Below, piece by piece: positions 37,946 through 47,161 of a stretch of 64,000 bases of DNA (positions are counted from its first letter, which is position 1; the number at the start of each line of letters is the position of its first letter). This DNA comes from an uncultured Gemmatimonadales bacterium (lineage in GTDB: Bacteria > Gemmatimonadota > Gemmatimonadetes > Gemmatimonadales > GWC2-71-9). The notes beneath the pieces were generated by a model. The model was not told where the DNA came from, did no database searches, and worked only from the letters and a program-made list of their open reading frames with translations. Location of the stretch: positions 1 through 64,000 of the forward strand of contig CAWGSK010000011.1 of NCBI GenBank assembly GCA_963825055.1. The letters are read 5' to 3'. A program made the position numbers and the translations under genes.

Positions 37946-40900
37946 ATGGCCCCAGACACGCCAGGCGGATCCCACCTGAAAGCGCGGGTGGGGGGCGGCA
38001 CCCCTCCCCAGATGGCCAACCTGGTCCGCAATGTGTCCGAGGGGATCGTGGTCGTGGACAGCGATGGCGTGGTGCTGTTTGCCAATCCCGCCGCCGAGAC
38101 TTTGCTGCGCAGGGCACCCGGCGATGCGTTCGGGTTCAACCTGGGCTACCCCCTGGCAGGTGATGAGCCCACCATCATCACCCTGCGCCCACCGGGGACA
38201 GACGCCGCCATCATAGAGATGCGCGCGGCCGAGACGCCATGGGATGACGGAACGGCCTTCGTGGTCAACCTCCACGACATCACGGAACGGACGCGCGGCG
38301 ATGCGGAGCAGCGACAGCTCCAGAAGCGGACCGATCGCCTGAACCAGGTGCTGCGGGCCATCGCCAGCGTCGCCCAGGTCATCATCCGGGAATCGGACCC
38401 GGGCCGGCTCATCCGCGCGACCTGCGAACGGCTGGTGGAGGATGGCGGTTTCCGTGCGGCCTGGCTCGTCCTCACGAACGAGGACGGGAGCCTGGTCGAC
38501 ACGGCCCAATCGCCGCTGGCGGATGGCCCCTTCCCCACAGTGACCGACGCGTTCGCCCGGGGCGTCGTGCCCGAATGTTGCCGGCGTGCCAAACGGGAGG
38601 GTCGCGTCGTCCGTTTCGAACCCGCCCGAGACTGCGAAGCCACGCTCTGTGCGGGCCTGGCCCCGACGGAACACGCCCTCGTGGCCTGCCTGACTCACGG
38701 CACTCGCACGTTCGGTTACATCACCGTCGTGTTCGATTCGCCCGAGCATGAAGACGGGGAAGCGGAGCGTCTTCTGCACACGGTCGCGATCGACCTCGGC
38801 TTCGCTCTCCACAGCGACGAGCAAGCCCTGGCCCGGGAAAAGACACAGCGGCTGCTGGAGGAGACCGAGCGCGTCGCCGACGTGGGTGGGTGGGAATGGG
38901 ACCTCACCACCGACCGGTTCACCGTCAGCCCCGAGTGGCGTCGCATTCACGGCTGGGGCGAGGGGGCGATCGAGTTCTCCGACGTGCTCTCCCTCTGTCT
39001 TCCAGCGGACCAGGAGCGGTGGGCCGCGGGCCTGGAGTCACTCCGCCGTGGCCACGCGACCCTCGAGCTCGAACATCGCATCATCAAGCGGGACAACGGG
39101 GAGACCAGGGTCCTGTGCTCGAGAAGCGGTTCGGTCGAGGAAAGGGCCAACGGGCAACGGGTGGTACGGGGGATCGCCCAGGATATCACGGCCGCGCATC
39201 AGGCGACGGAGCGGATCCGCTTCCAGGCCCGCCTGCTGGCATCCGTCGGTGAGGCCATTATCGTGAACGACCCCAAGGGGAGAATCCTCTACTGGAATCA
39301 GGCGGCGCAGAGGCTGTATGGCTGGCCTGCCGAGGCCGTCCTGGGCCGCAACGTTGTCGACGTGATACGGGAACCTGGCGCTGAGGTCCCGGAGCGACTC
39401 GCCGCGGGGGAGAACTGGTCCGGAGAGCTCATGATGCGGGCCAGGGACGGGCGCCGCTTTCCTGCGCTCGTCACGACCGCCCCGGTCATCGGGGAAGATG
39501 GCAAACTCGATGCGGTCATCGGGGTAGTATCCGACCTCTCCGAGCGAACACGTGCGGCGAATGAGCTGCTCGAGACATCCAGGAAACTGGCCGCAGCCGT
39601 TGTCGCCGGGCACGTTGGACTGTGGCAGTGGAACCTCGAGACCGAGGAGGTCACCTTTTCAGCGGAGTGGAAGCGACAGATCGGGTATGCAGAAGACGAG
39701 ATCAAGGATGATTTCGAGGAGTGGCGGAGTCGGGTGCATCCGGAGGACCTGGACCAGGCGCTCGAGCGCATCAGAATATTCATCGCGGGCGGGCAGGAAG
39801 AACTTCGATTGGAGTTTCGGTTCCGGCACAAGAACGGCTCGTATCGGTCGATCCTGGCCCAGGCGGACGTCATCGAGGGGGAGGAAGGCCGCCCGGTCCG
39901 TCTGATGGTCGGCGCCCACGTGGACATTACCGACCTCCGTGAGGCCGAAGCGCATCAGCAGAACATTGAAGCCCAGCTCCAACAGGCCCAGAAGATGGAA
40001 TCCGTCGGTCGTCTGGCCGGAGGCGTGGCGCATGACTTCAATAACGTCCTGGCGGTGATTCTGGGCATCTCGGAGATCTCGCTGGGGAACATCGAACCGT
40101 CGGATCCGCTGCGCGCCGATTTCCAGGAGATCCATCAAGCCGCCACCCGAGCCGCGGCCCTGACTCGTCAGTTGCTCGCGTTTGCCCGCAAGCAGACCAT
40201 CGATCCCCGGGTGATCGATCTCAACGAGACGGTGGGGGGCATGGTCAAGATGCTGAGCCGTCTCGTTGGCGAGGATGTGGAACTGGTCTGGAAGCCCGCC
40301 TATCAGCTCTGGCCAGTGAAGGTGGACCCCGCTCAGGTGGACCAGATTCTCGCCAATCTGACGGTGAACGCGCGTGACGCCATCCAGGAGGGGGATGAGG
40401 GTAACGGCAGGATCAGCCTCCAGACGGCAAACATCGAGGTCGATCAGGCGTTCTGTGACCACAACGCCGGCCTCCGGCCCGGGCAGTACGTCGTGTTGTC
40501 GGTGAGCGACAACGGCGTGGGCATGGCCAATGCGACCGTCGCCAGGGCTTTCGAACCCTTCTTCACGACCAAAGCCACCGGGACGGGGACCGGCCTCGGG
40601 CTGGCCACGGTATACGGCATCGTGAAACAGAACGCAGGCTCCGTGTACATTTACAGCGTGGTCGGCGAAGGAACGACGATCCGGATCTACCTGCCGCGCC
40701 TGGTGGGCGCGGAGGCGGAGGGCGGGACTCTGGGCGAAGCCCTGGAGCTGGTCCAGGGAACCGAGACCCTGCTGGTCGTCGAGGACGACGCTCCCGTGCG
40801 ACGGGTGATGTCGCGAATCCTGGAGCGGCTGGGGTACACCCTGTTGCTGGCGGAAACGGGGGAGGAGGCATTGGACCTCTTCCGGGAGCGTGGAGAGACC

Positions 40901-41173
40901 ATCGATCTGCTGATGACGGATGTCGTGATGCCCGGCATGAACGGTCGCGATCTGGTGGAGGCGGTTCGCGCCCTGCGCCCGGGGGTGCAATGCCTCTTTA
41001 TCTCGGGCTACACCCACGACGTCATCTCCAACCGGGGCGTGCTGGGAGCCGGGGTACACTTCCTCGAAAAACCCTTCACCACGGAAGGCCTGGCCAGCAC
41101 GGTACGACGGGTGCTGGATGAGCGAGGGGCTGGGCAGGTCCAGCGGCGTCCACCCGGAAGGGGGCAGGAATAG
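37946..41173 (+). CDS. PAS/GAF multi-sensor hybrid histidine kinase
   Basis: Several PAS repeats, a GAF-like segment, GGVAHDFNN, ATPase boxes and a receiver domain. Confidence 0.93.
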   Translation: MAPDTPGGSHLKARVGGGTPPQMANLVRNVSEGIVVVDSDGVVLFANPAAETLLRRAPGDAFGFNLGYPLAGDEPTIITLRPPGTDAAIIEMRAAETPWDDGTAFVVNLHDITERTRGDAEQRQLQKRTDRLNQVLRAIASVAQVIIRESDPGRLIRATCERLVEDGGFRAAWLVLTNEDGSLVDTAQSPLADGPFPTVTDAFARGVVPECCRRAKREGRVVRFEPARDCEATLCAGLAPTEHALVACLTHGTRTFGYITVVFDSPEHEDGEAERLLHTVAIDLGFALHSDEQALAREKTQRLLEETERVADVGGWEWDLTTDRFTVSPEWRRIHGWGEGAIEFSDVLSLCLPADQERWAAGLESLRRGHATLELEHRIIKRDNGETRVLCSRSGSVEERANGQRVVRGIAQDITAAHQATERIRFQARLLASVGEAIIVNDPKGRILYWNQAAQRLYGWPAEAVLGRNVVDVIREPGAEVPERLAAGENWSGELMMRARDGRRFPALVTTAPVIGEDGKLDAVIGVVSDLSERTRAANELLETSRKLAAAVVAGHVGLWQWNLETEEVTFSAEWKRQIGYAEDEIKDDFEEWRSRVHPEDLDQALERIRIFIAGGQEELRLEFRFRHKNGSYRSILAQADVIEGEEGRPVRLMVGAHVDITDLREAEAHQQNIEAQLQQAQKMESVGRLAGGVAHDFNNVLAVILGISEISLGNIEPSDPLRADFQEIHQAATRAAALTRQLLAFARKQTIDPRVIDLNETVGGMVKMLSRLVGEDVELVWKPAYQLWPVKVDPAQVDQILANLTVNARDAIQEGDEGNGRISLQTANIEVDQAFCDHNAGLRPGQYVVLSVSDNGVGMANATVARAFEPFFTTKATGTGTGLGLATVYGIVKQNAGSVYIYSVVGEGTTIRIYLPRLVGAEAEGGTLGEALELVQGTETLLVVEDDAPVRRVMSRILERLGYTLLLAETGEEALDLFRERGETIDLLMTDVVMPGMNGRDLVEAVRALRPGVQCLFISGYTHDVISNRGVLGAGVHFLEKPFTTEGLASTVRRVLDERGAGQVQRRPPGRGQE

Positions 41174-41220
41174 GCGGCAGGCACCGGCCCGTCCGATTGG
41201 TCCCAGGATATTTGCCCGGG

Positions 41221-41432
41221 ATGGAGTCCCTGCTTTCCGCCTCCAGACCGCGATCGCTGACCGCTACGGCATCGAGCGCGAACTCGCGCGACAGATCGCC
41301 TCTGCGCTGGACAATGCCCACTACCCGCCGTGATCCACCCGGACATCAAGTTCGAGAACATCCTGCTCCATGAGGGCGACGCGTTCCTGACCGGCTTCGG
41401 CATCGTACTGGCGGTCCAGGAGGCCGGCGGCG
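41221..41432 (+). pseudogene. internally deleted Ser/Thr kinase remnant
   Basis: RLQTAIADRYGIEREL joined to ARQIASALD.AH, then IHPDIKFENILLHEG..TGFGI; frameshifted. Confidence 0.75.
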
Positions 41433-41460
41433 CCCCCACGGACGATCTAACGTTCCCCGA

Positions 41461-41925
41461 ATGTGCAAGGAGTCGCGAGTGAAGCCCTCAATTCCCTCGG
41501 CGAAGGCCTATGCCAGCGAGCCGGTCCGTTACCCGCCGCTCGTAGTAGTGGATATCGTGGATGAGGCAGCTGCAACCACCGATCACTACCGGAACCAGGT
41601 CCTCAGCCAGGTGAATACGAGCTGCCTGCGCCTGGGAGTGCTGGCCGGAGACTATCCCTGGCACCAGCATCCCGGCTCCGATGAGCTTTTTCTCGTGGTG
41701 GAGGGCCGGCTGGAGATTTCGCTGGCCGACGGTCGGACCCTGAGCCTCGGTCCATGGCAGAGTGTCGTGGTGCCGGCGGGAATGGTCCATCGCACTCGAG
41801 GTGTCGGACGCACCGTCAACCTGTGCTTCGAAGCCGCGGCCGCCGAGACGGTCTTCATTGACCATCCACCCCCGGCCGCGCCAGCCGACGGGCCCGGCGC
41901 CGGGCCACCAGGCAGCGCTTCCTGA
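41461..41925 (+). CDS. cupin domain protein
   Basis: YPWHQHPGSDELFLVVEG..PAGMVHRT. Confidence 0.85.
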   Translation: MCKESRVKPSIPSAKAYASEPVRYPPLVVVDIVDEAAATTDHYRNQVLSQVNTSCLRLGVLAGDYPWHQHPGSDELFLVVEGRLEISLADGRTLSLGPWQSVVVPAGMVHRTRGVGRTVNLCFEAAAAETVFIDHPPPAAPADGPGAGPPGSAS

Positions 41926-42087
41926 GAGCATGATCCGGGCGGCAACCGCCTGCGTTTCACTATCGTCGTGCCCGCAGAATCCGAGGGTGGTACCCGGGGG
42001 CTGACCGCCAGCCAGGGCGGCACCTGTCTCGCCACGGCAAGGCGTGCCTCCCCCTGGCAACCCCGCCTGCAGTCGACGGTTAGAGGC

Positions 42088-42121
42088 CCCCTCTTGCGGC
42101 GGGCGGAGGCCGATGCATAAT
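42088..42121 (+). repeat. attC family A internal fragment
   Basis: CTCTTGCGGCGGGCGGAGGCCGATGCATAAT. Confidence 0.5.
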
Positions 42122-42205
42122 AGGCAACGCCAGCACGTTGCTGCGGCCGGGGGACCCCACGTCCCGGGCAGGTTGTGTACCTCCACGCGCATCCTGAGGT
42201 GCCGT

Positions 42206-42619
42206 ATGTCGCCCGCCAAGCTGCTTCGCCTGCTGGTGATCCCCTGCCTTATCAGTTGCCAGGAAGACCCGACGAGCTCCGTCACCCTGAAACCGCTGAT
42301 GGAGGTAGGCGAGGGCCTGAGCGAGTTGCTTCCCCACGAGCAGGAGGGAACCCCGCTTACCCTCACCGTCACCGTGACTCGCGCCGGCCTGCCGGCGCCC
42401 GGGCTCGAGGTCTACTGGTATGACGGAAACGTCTGGAGCAGCCTGAGTGACAGGTCATCCCTGACTGATGCCAACGGAGTTGCCAAGGTCATCTGGACGC
42501 TTCCCACCATCCCGGCGAACGCTCCCTGGGCTACGTATTCCGTTCAGGCATCCCTGCCGGGCGCGACTGGCAACCCCATTGTCTATACGATTGAGGTGTA
42601 CCGCTGCACCCGGTGCTGA
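42206..42619 (+). CDS. hypothetical lipoprotein, Ig-like
   Basis: LISC lipobox; TDANGVAKVIWTL. Confidence 0.65.
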   Translation: MSPAKLLRLLVIPCLISCQEDPTSSVTLKPLMEVGEGLSELLPHEQEGTPLTLTVTVTRAGLPAPGLEVYWYDGNVWSSLSDRSSLTDANGVAKVIWTLPTIPANAPWATYSVQASLPGATGNPIVYTIEVYRCTRC

Positions 42620-42722
42620 CGAGACACGTCCCGGCCGGCCCCGCACAGGGCTGGAGTTGATCGGGACCATCGCCTCCTCCCGCACCCTCCAGCCTCCCGA
42701 ACCAGACCAGGAGGGAAATCAC

Positions 42723-42950
42723 ATGGGCAAGCGGATTACGCTGGGCTTGGCGGGGGGACTGCTGGGGTATCTGCTGGGTGCCTTCGGTGGTGGCTTTCTG
42801 GTGTCCGTCCTGTCCTCAAATACCCACGATCGCTCGATCGAGGCCGCGATGACCGGGGCGTTCGTGCTGGGCCCGCTGGCGGCGATCGCCGGGGTGGTGC
42901 TGGGCGTCCGGCGTGCCCGGTCAGCCGGCTCGACTCCCGGCGCCGGCTGA
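42723..42950 (+). CDS. small membrane protein
   Basis: GGAGGG RBS; two TM segments around SSNTHDRSIEAAMTGAF. Confidence 0.75.
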   Translation: MGKRITLGLAGGLLGYLLGAFGGGFLVSVLSSNTHDRSIEAAMTGAFVLGPLAAIAGVVLGVRRARSAGSTPGAG

Positions 42951-42995
42951 CCCCCCCGGCATCCGGACCTGCCCGCCGCCCAGGGCCGCGCCCGC

Positions 42996-44891
42996 TTACT
43001 CCGGCGCGGTCCATGTGTTGTTGGTCGTGTCCGCGTCCACCCAGATCCCACCATCGAGCGCCACCGAGCGCAGCGCCTTGCCCCCCCGCACCACGACCGT
43101 CGCCCGCCGCTGGTCGGCCTCCCAGATCCCCGGCATCTGGTGCAACGTCGCGGTGCTGCCGTCCGCAAACGTGAGCACGAGGTCCACCGGCGCCGCCATG
43201 CCGCCGACGTTATCGAGGACGACGCGGTAGTCGCTTCCCGCGCGGGTCACGCTCGCGATGCCCACGTCGATGTATGCATTGCTGAAGAACCAGTTGTCCC
43301 AGAACCAGTCGAGGTTTCGGCCGGTCACGTCGTTGAAGGTGTAGAAGAAGTCCCAGGGGATCGGGTGCCTGCCGTGCCATCGGTCCATGTAGGCGTGGAG
43401 CGCCTTGGCGAAGAGCGCGTCTCCCAGCAGATCCTTCACGGCGAGGTAGCCCTGGGCGGGTTTACCATAGGCGTTACTGCCCGAGACATAGGGCGTGGTG
43501 ATGGGGATTTCGTTCAGGGCGCCGGAGGCACGAAACTGCTGGAAGTTCTTCGTCGCCCGCTCCCGGCCGAGGTCGGCGACCGAAATGAGGTACTCGAACG
43601 TCGTGGCCCATCCCTCGTCCATGAATCCGTGACGGGTCTCGTTGATGCCCATGTAGAACGGGAACCAGGTGTGCGCGATCTCGTGCTCGGCCACGAATCG
43701 GGAAAAGACGGTATCGGCATAGCTCTCGTCGTTGACCATCATGGGATATTCCATCCCGGCAAACCCCTGCACCACCGTGGTTCTCTCGTAGGGGTAGGGC
43801 ACACCCGGCCAGTGGTGCGAAAGCCAGTCCAGTGCGTGCCGGGCGTACCGCGCCATGTGGTGAAAGTCCGCCGCCGCGTCGTCGTAGGCGGCCTGCGCCC
43901 CGGCACGCCGCCCGGTGGCATCGTCCACCACGACGCTGGTGGCGTCCCAGTCGTAGTGGTTGCTCAGGGCGAAGGTCATGTCCGGTACGCCGGTGGCGGT
44001 GAAGTGCCACGCATTGACCGGCTGCTGCGCGGTGACGGCCCGGGCGGCCACCTGGGCCGCGGTCGCCACCACGATCGTCGTATCCGCCGTTTCCGAGGCG
44101 CGCAGCCGCTCTGCGACGGCCGGTTGAAGTACGGCTGGTGCGTTGGTCAGCGTGCCGGTGCCCCAGACCACGTAGTTGGCCGGGACCTTCACGGTCACGT
44201 CGTAGTCATTGAAATCGCTGTAGAACTCGAGCGCGTCATCGAAGTTGTGGGTGTCCCAGCCGTTCACGTCGTCGTAGACCGCGACGCGCGGATAGAAGTA
44301 GGCGAGGAAGAAGGTGGTCGAGTCGATCGCACCCTCGCGGCCGCTCTGACGCGACATCTCGTAGTGCCAGTCGAAGCTGAGGTGCACCGAATCGCGCGGC
44401 ATCAGCGGCGCGGGGAGGCGGACAGGCTGCCAGGTGAAATACCGGCCGCTGCTGTCCCACGGGACCGCCTGGCCGCTGACGGAAAAGCGGTCGACGTGGA
44501 CGCCGGAGGTGAGATAGTCCGCCCCCGCACCGCCGGCCCGGGGCGCACCCGGCTTGTGGATGTTGACGAGCAGCCGGAAGACCAGGGCGCGCAGTGTGTC
44601 CGGGCTGTCATTGAAATAGACGATCTGCTCGCTGCCGGTGACCTTGCGGTCTGGTGGTGTCGTGGCCACCGTGATGGCGTAGCGGGCGTGGTTCTGCCAG
44701 TACTTCGGTCCGGGCCGCCCATCGCGGGAGCGGGTGCCGTGGGCCCAGGCCTCCTTGACGGCGTGTGGCGCGTACAACTCCTGCGCGACGGCGGGTCGAG
44801 GCACTGCCGCGGCGAGAAGTGCGAGGGACACGCCTGCCAGGGTCGCGGGCCGGAGCCACGGGGAAGAACCGGGTTGCATCTGTTGCCTCAT
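42996..44891 (-). CDS. M1 family metallopeptidase
   Basis: GMEYPM, HEIAH..E; signal peptide. Confidence 0.9.
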   Translation of the reverse strand: MRQQMQPGSSPWLRPATLAGVSLALLAAAVPRPAVAQELYAPHAVKEAWAHGTRSRDGRPGPKYWQNHARYAITVATTPPDRKVTGSEQIVYFNDSPDTLRALVFRLLVNIHKPGAPRAGGAGADYLTSGVHVDRFSVSGQAVPWDSSGRYFTWQPVRLPAPLMPRDSVHLSFDWHYEMSRQSGREGAIDSTTFFLAYFYPRVAVYDDVNGWDTHNFDDALEFYSDFNDYDVTVKVPANYVVWGTGTLTNAPAVLQPAVAERLRASETADTTIVVATAAQVAARAVTAQQPVNAWHFTATGVPDMTFALSNHYDWDATSVVVDDATGRRAGAQAAYDDAAADFHHMARYARHALDWLSHHWPGVPYPYERTTVVQGFAGMEYPMMVNDESYADTVFSRFVAEHEIAHTWFPFYMGINETRHGFMDEGWATTFEYLISVADLGRERATKNFQQFRASGALNEIPITTPYVSGSNAYGKPAQGYLAVKDLLGDALFAKALHAYMDRWHGRHPIPWDFFYTFNDVTGRNLDWFWDNWFFSNAYIDVGIASVTRAGSDYRVVLDNVGGMAAPVDLVLTFADGSTATLHQMPGIWEADQRRATVVVRGGKALRSVALDGGIWVDADTTNNTWTAPE

Positions 44892-45010
44892 TTCACCTGA
44901 ATCCATGGGTCGCGGATGGTTTCCTGTCTGCCGGACTGGCGCAGTGGGGCCTGGCGCCCGCCTCACCAGGGCCTCGCAAGAGCGGGGCGGAGTCATCAGG
45001 CCGCACGAGG

Positions 45011-45508
45011 CTACGGGAGCGCGGGTCCCCATATCTGGTGGCTGATCCTCCATGTACCGTCCGCCTGACGGCGCAGCAGCGTGAGGTTGGCACTTCTGAC
45101 GGTCGACGACTGACGAACGGTGTCCTTCTCATAAAGCCAGCTGAGGGTTGAGAATCCTCTCGTGTAGGCGAACCCGGACCCGCCGTCCAGCTCAGCGATG
45201 GGCCACTCGAAACTCTCGATGGTCGTGCGGGAGCCATCGTCCGGCCACCAGAAGGCGCGAATGGCCGCCTGGCCAATGACCGGTTCCCGCCCGGGAGGCA
45301 TGAGCACGGCGTCCGGCGACAACGTCGCAAGCACCCCCAGGGTATCATCCGCCAGCCACGCCCGCACGTATGAGGACTGGACTTCGCGGATCGCCACGGA
45401 GTCCCCGGCCGTCAGACGTACGGAATGCGCGGACGGTGCATCGCACGCGACAAGGGCCAGCACGGCCCCGAGCGCAAGGCCTGGGCGTACATCCATGAGA
45501 TTATCCAC
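45011..45508 (-). CDS. DUF4440/SnoaL-like lipoprotein
   Basis: LVAC lipobox; DAVLMPPG..G..AIRAFW; RRQADGTWRI. Confidence 0.8.
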   Translation of the reverse strand: MDNLMDVRPGLALGAVLALVACDAPSAHSVRLTAGDSVAIREVQSSYVRAWLADDTLGVLATLSPDAVLMPPGREPVIGQAAIRAFWWPDDGSRTTIESFEWPIAELDGGSGFAYTRGFSTLSWLYEKDTVRQSSTVRSANLTLLRRQADGTWRISHQIWGPALP

Positions 45509-45589
45509 CTGACGTGTAGGGGTACTACGGGAGCCGGGCGGCTGCGGTTTCCGGTGCGGACTGCCAGGCGCTCAAGACTTCCCGGCGCG

Positions 45590-47161
45590 TCACGGGGCCT
45601 CGACGCCCAGGGCGAGCTGAACCGCCGCCAGCAAATCCTCGGCCGTAAAGGGCTTCTGCAGCAGCTCCCCCGCCGCGCCGAGGTGCATGAGATCGTCCAG
45701 CAGTTCGGCGGAGTAACCCGACATGAAGAGCAGCGGCAGGGCGGGCCAGCGACCGTGCACCTGCTCCGCCAGCTCGATCCCGCCCATCACCGGCATCATG
45801 AGGTCGGTCAGCACCAGGTCGGGGATTCCCTGATGCTGGATCACCTCGAGCGCTTCCGCACCGTTTGCGGCGTGCGACACCAGGTATCCGCCGCTCCGGA
45901 GCATCCGGGTCACACTCTCCAGCAGCCCCGGCTCATCGTCCACCACCAGCACTTCGGCCCCGGACGATGGCCTCACCGGTACGGTGGCCGGGGGTTGGAC
46001 CAGGCCTTCCTCACGGCCCGCCGCCGGCAGGTAGAGGCTGAACGTGGTGCCCTCCCCCGGCATGCTCGCCACCGTGATGTATCCGTCGTTCTGGGTCAGT
46101 ATCCCGCTGGCCGCCGCCAGGCCGAGCCCGGTGCCCTGCCCTATCTCCTTGGTCGTGAAGAAGGGCTCGAAGATCCGCCTCAGGGTCACGGCATCCATGC
46201 CGCTCCCGGTGTCGCGCACATGGATGACTGCGTAGCGTCCCGCCGGGATCGACCCGGTTACGGCGTCCACCGGGGTGGCGAGATCCGTCGCCACAGTCGT
46301 GATCCTGAGCACCCCCGCCCGGGACATCGCCGCGGTAGCGTTCAGGGTGAGGTTGACCAGGACCTGCTGCAACTGGGCCGGATCAACCCAGGAGAGCAGG
46401 GCGCCGCGCCCGCGCATCTCCAGCACCTGTCCCTGGCCCAGTATCCGCCGCAGCATGGGTGCGGCATCGCGCACGGCCGCCCGGAGATCGACCACCGCGG
46501 GCCGATGCACCGCCCGACGAGAGTAGGACAGCAACTGCGTGGTCACTGCCGCGGCCCGGCTGGCCGCCTGCACGATCTCGCGTACATCCGGCAGGCACTC
46601 CGCCGGCAGGCGTGTATCCTGGATAAGGGACGCGCCAAATCCCAGGACGACCTGCAGCATGTTGTTCACCTCATGTGCCACGCCTCCCGCAAGGGCACCA
46701 ACCGTTTCCATCCGCTGCGCCTGCTGCAGCCGTTCTTCCATGGTCCGTGCAATCCGGTCCGCGTCGAGGCGGTCGCTGATGTCCCGGATGATCAGCAGCA
46801 CGGATGGCTGGCCCTGGTCCGTGAAGGCCACCGCCCGGATCTCCACCGGCAGGTCAACGCCATCCAGCCGGTGCAGCGTGTCCCGGACCGGCTGGGCGAC
46901 GTCCCGGACACCGGATGCCGAGCACAATTGCCCCCTGACCGCCTTCAGGTAGGGAGGATCGAGGAGGGAGTCAACCGGGAGCGTCAGGAGCTGGTCGGGA
47001 CGGGTGGCGCCGGCCAGGTGGGCCGCGGCATCATTGGCCAGCACGACCTCGCCCGAGGAGTGCACGAGAATGCCGTCGGGAGAGAGTTCCACCAGACGCT
47101 CGAAGCCTTCATCCACAGGCAGGACCGCACTGGCGACGGTACGAGCGTCCCGGGCGATCAT
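45590..47161 (-). CDS. PAS hybrid sensor histidine kinase/response regulator
   Basis: GGVAHEVNN, FEPFFTTK, GLGL and a receiver domain; ATGA overlap with the upstream KaiC-like gene. Confidence 0.92.
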   Translation of the reverse strand: MIARDARTVASAVLPVDEGFERLVELSPDGILVHSSGEVVLANDAAAHLAGATRPDQLLTLPVDSLLDPPYLKAVRGQLCSASGVRDVAQPVRDTLHRLDGVDLPVEIRAVAFTDQGQPSVLLIIRDISDRLDADRIARTMEERLQQAQRMETVGALAGGVAHEVNNMLQVVLGFGASLIQDTRLPAECLPDVREIVQAASRAAAVTTQLLSYSRRAVHRPAVVDLRAAVRDAAPMLRRILGQGQVLEMRGRGALLSWVDPAQLQQVLVNLTLNATAAMSRAGVLRITTVATDLATPVDAVTGSIPAGRYAVIHVRDTGSGMDAVTLRRIFEPFFTTKEIGQGTGLGLAAASGILTQNDGYITVASMPGEGTTFSLYLPAAGREEGLVQPPATVPVRPSSGAEVLVVDDEPGLLESVTRMLRSGGYLVSHAANGAEALEVIQHQGIPDLVLTDLMMPVMGGIELAEQVHGRWPALPLLFMSGYSAELLDDLMHLGAAGELLQKPFTAEDLLAAVQLALGVEAP

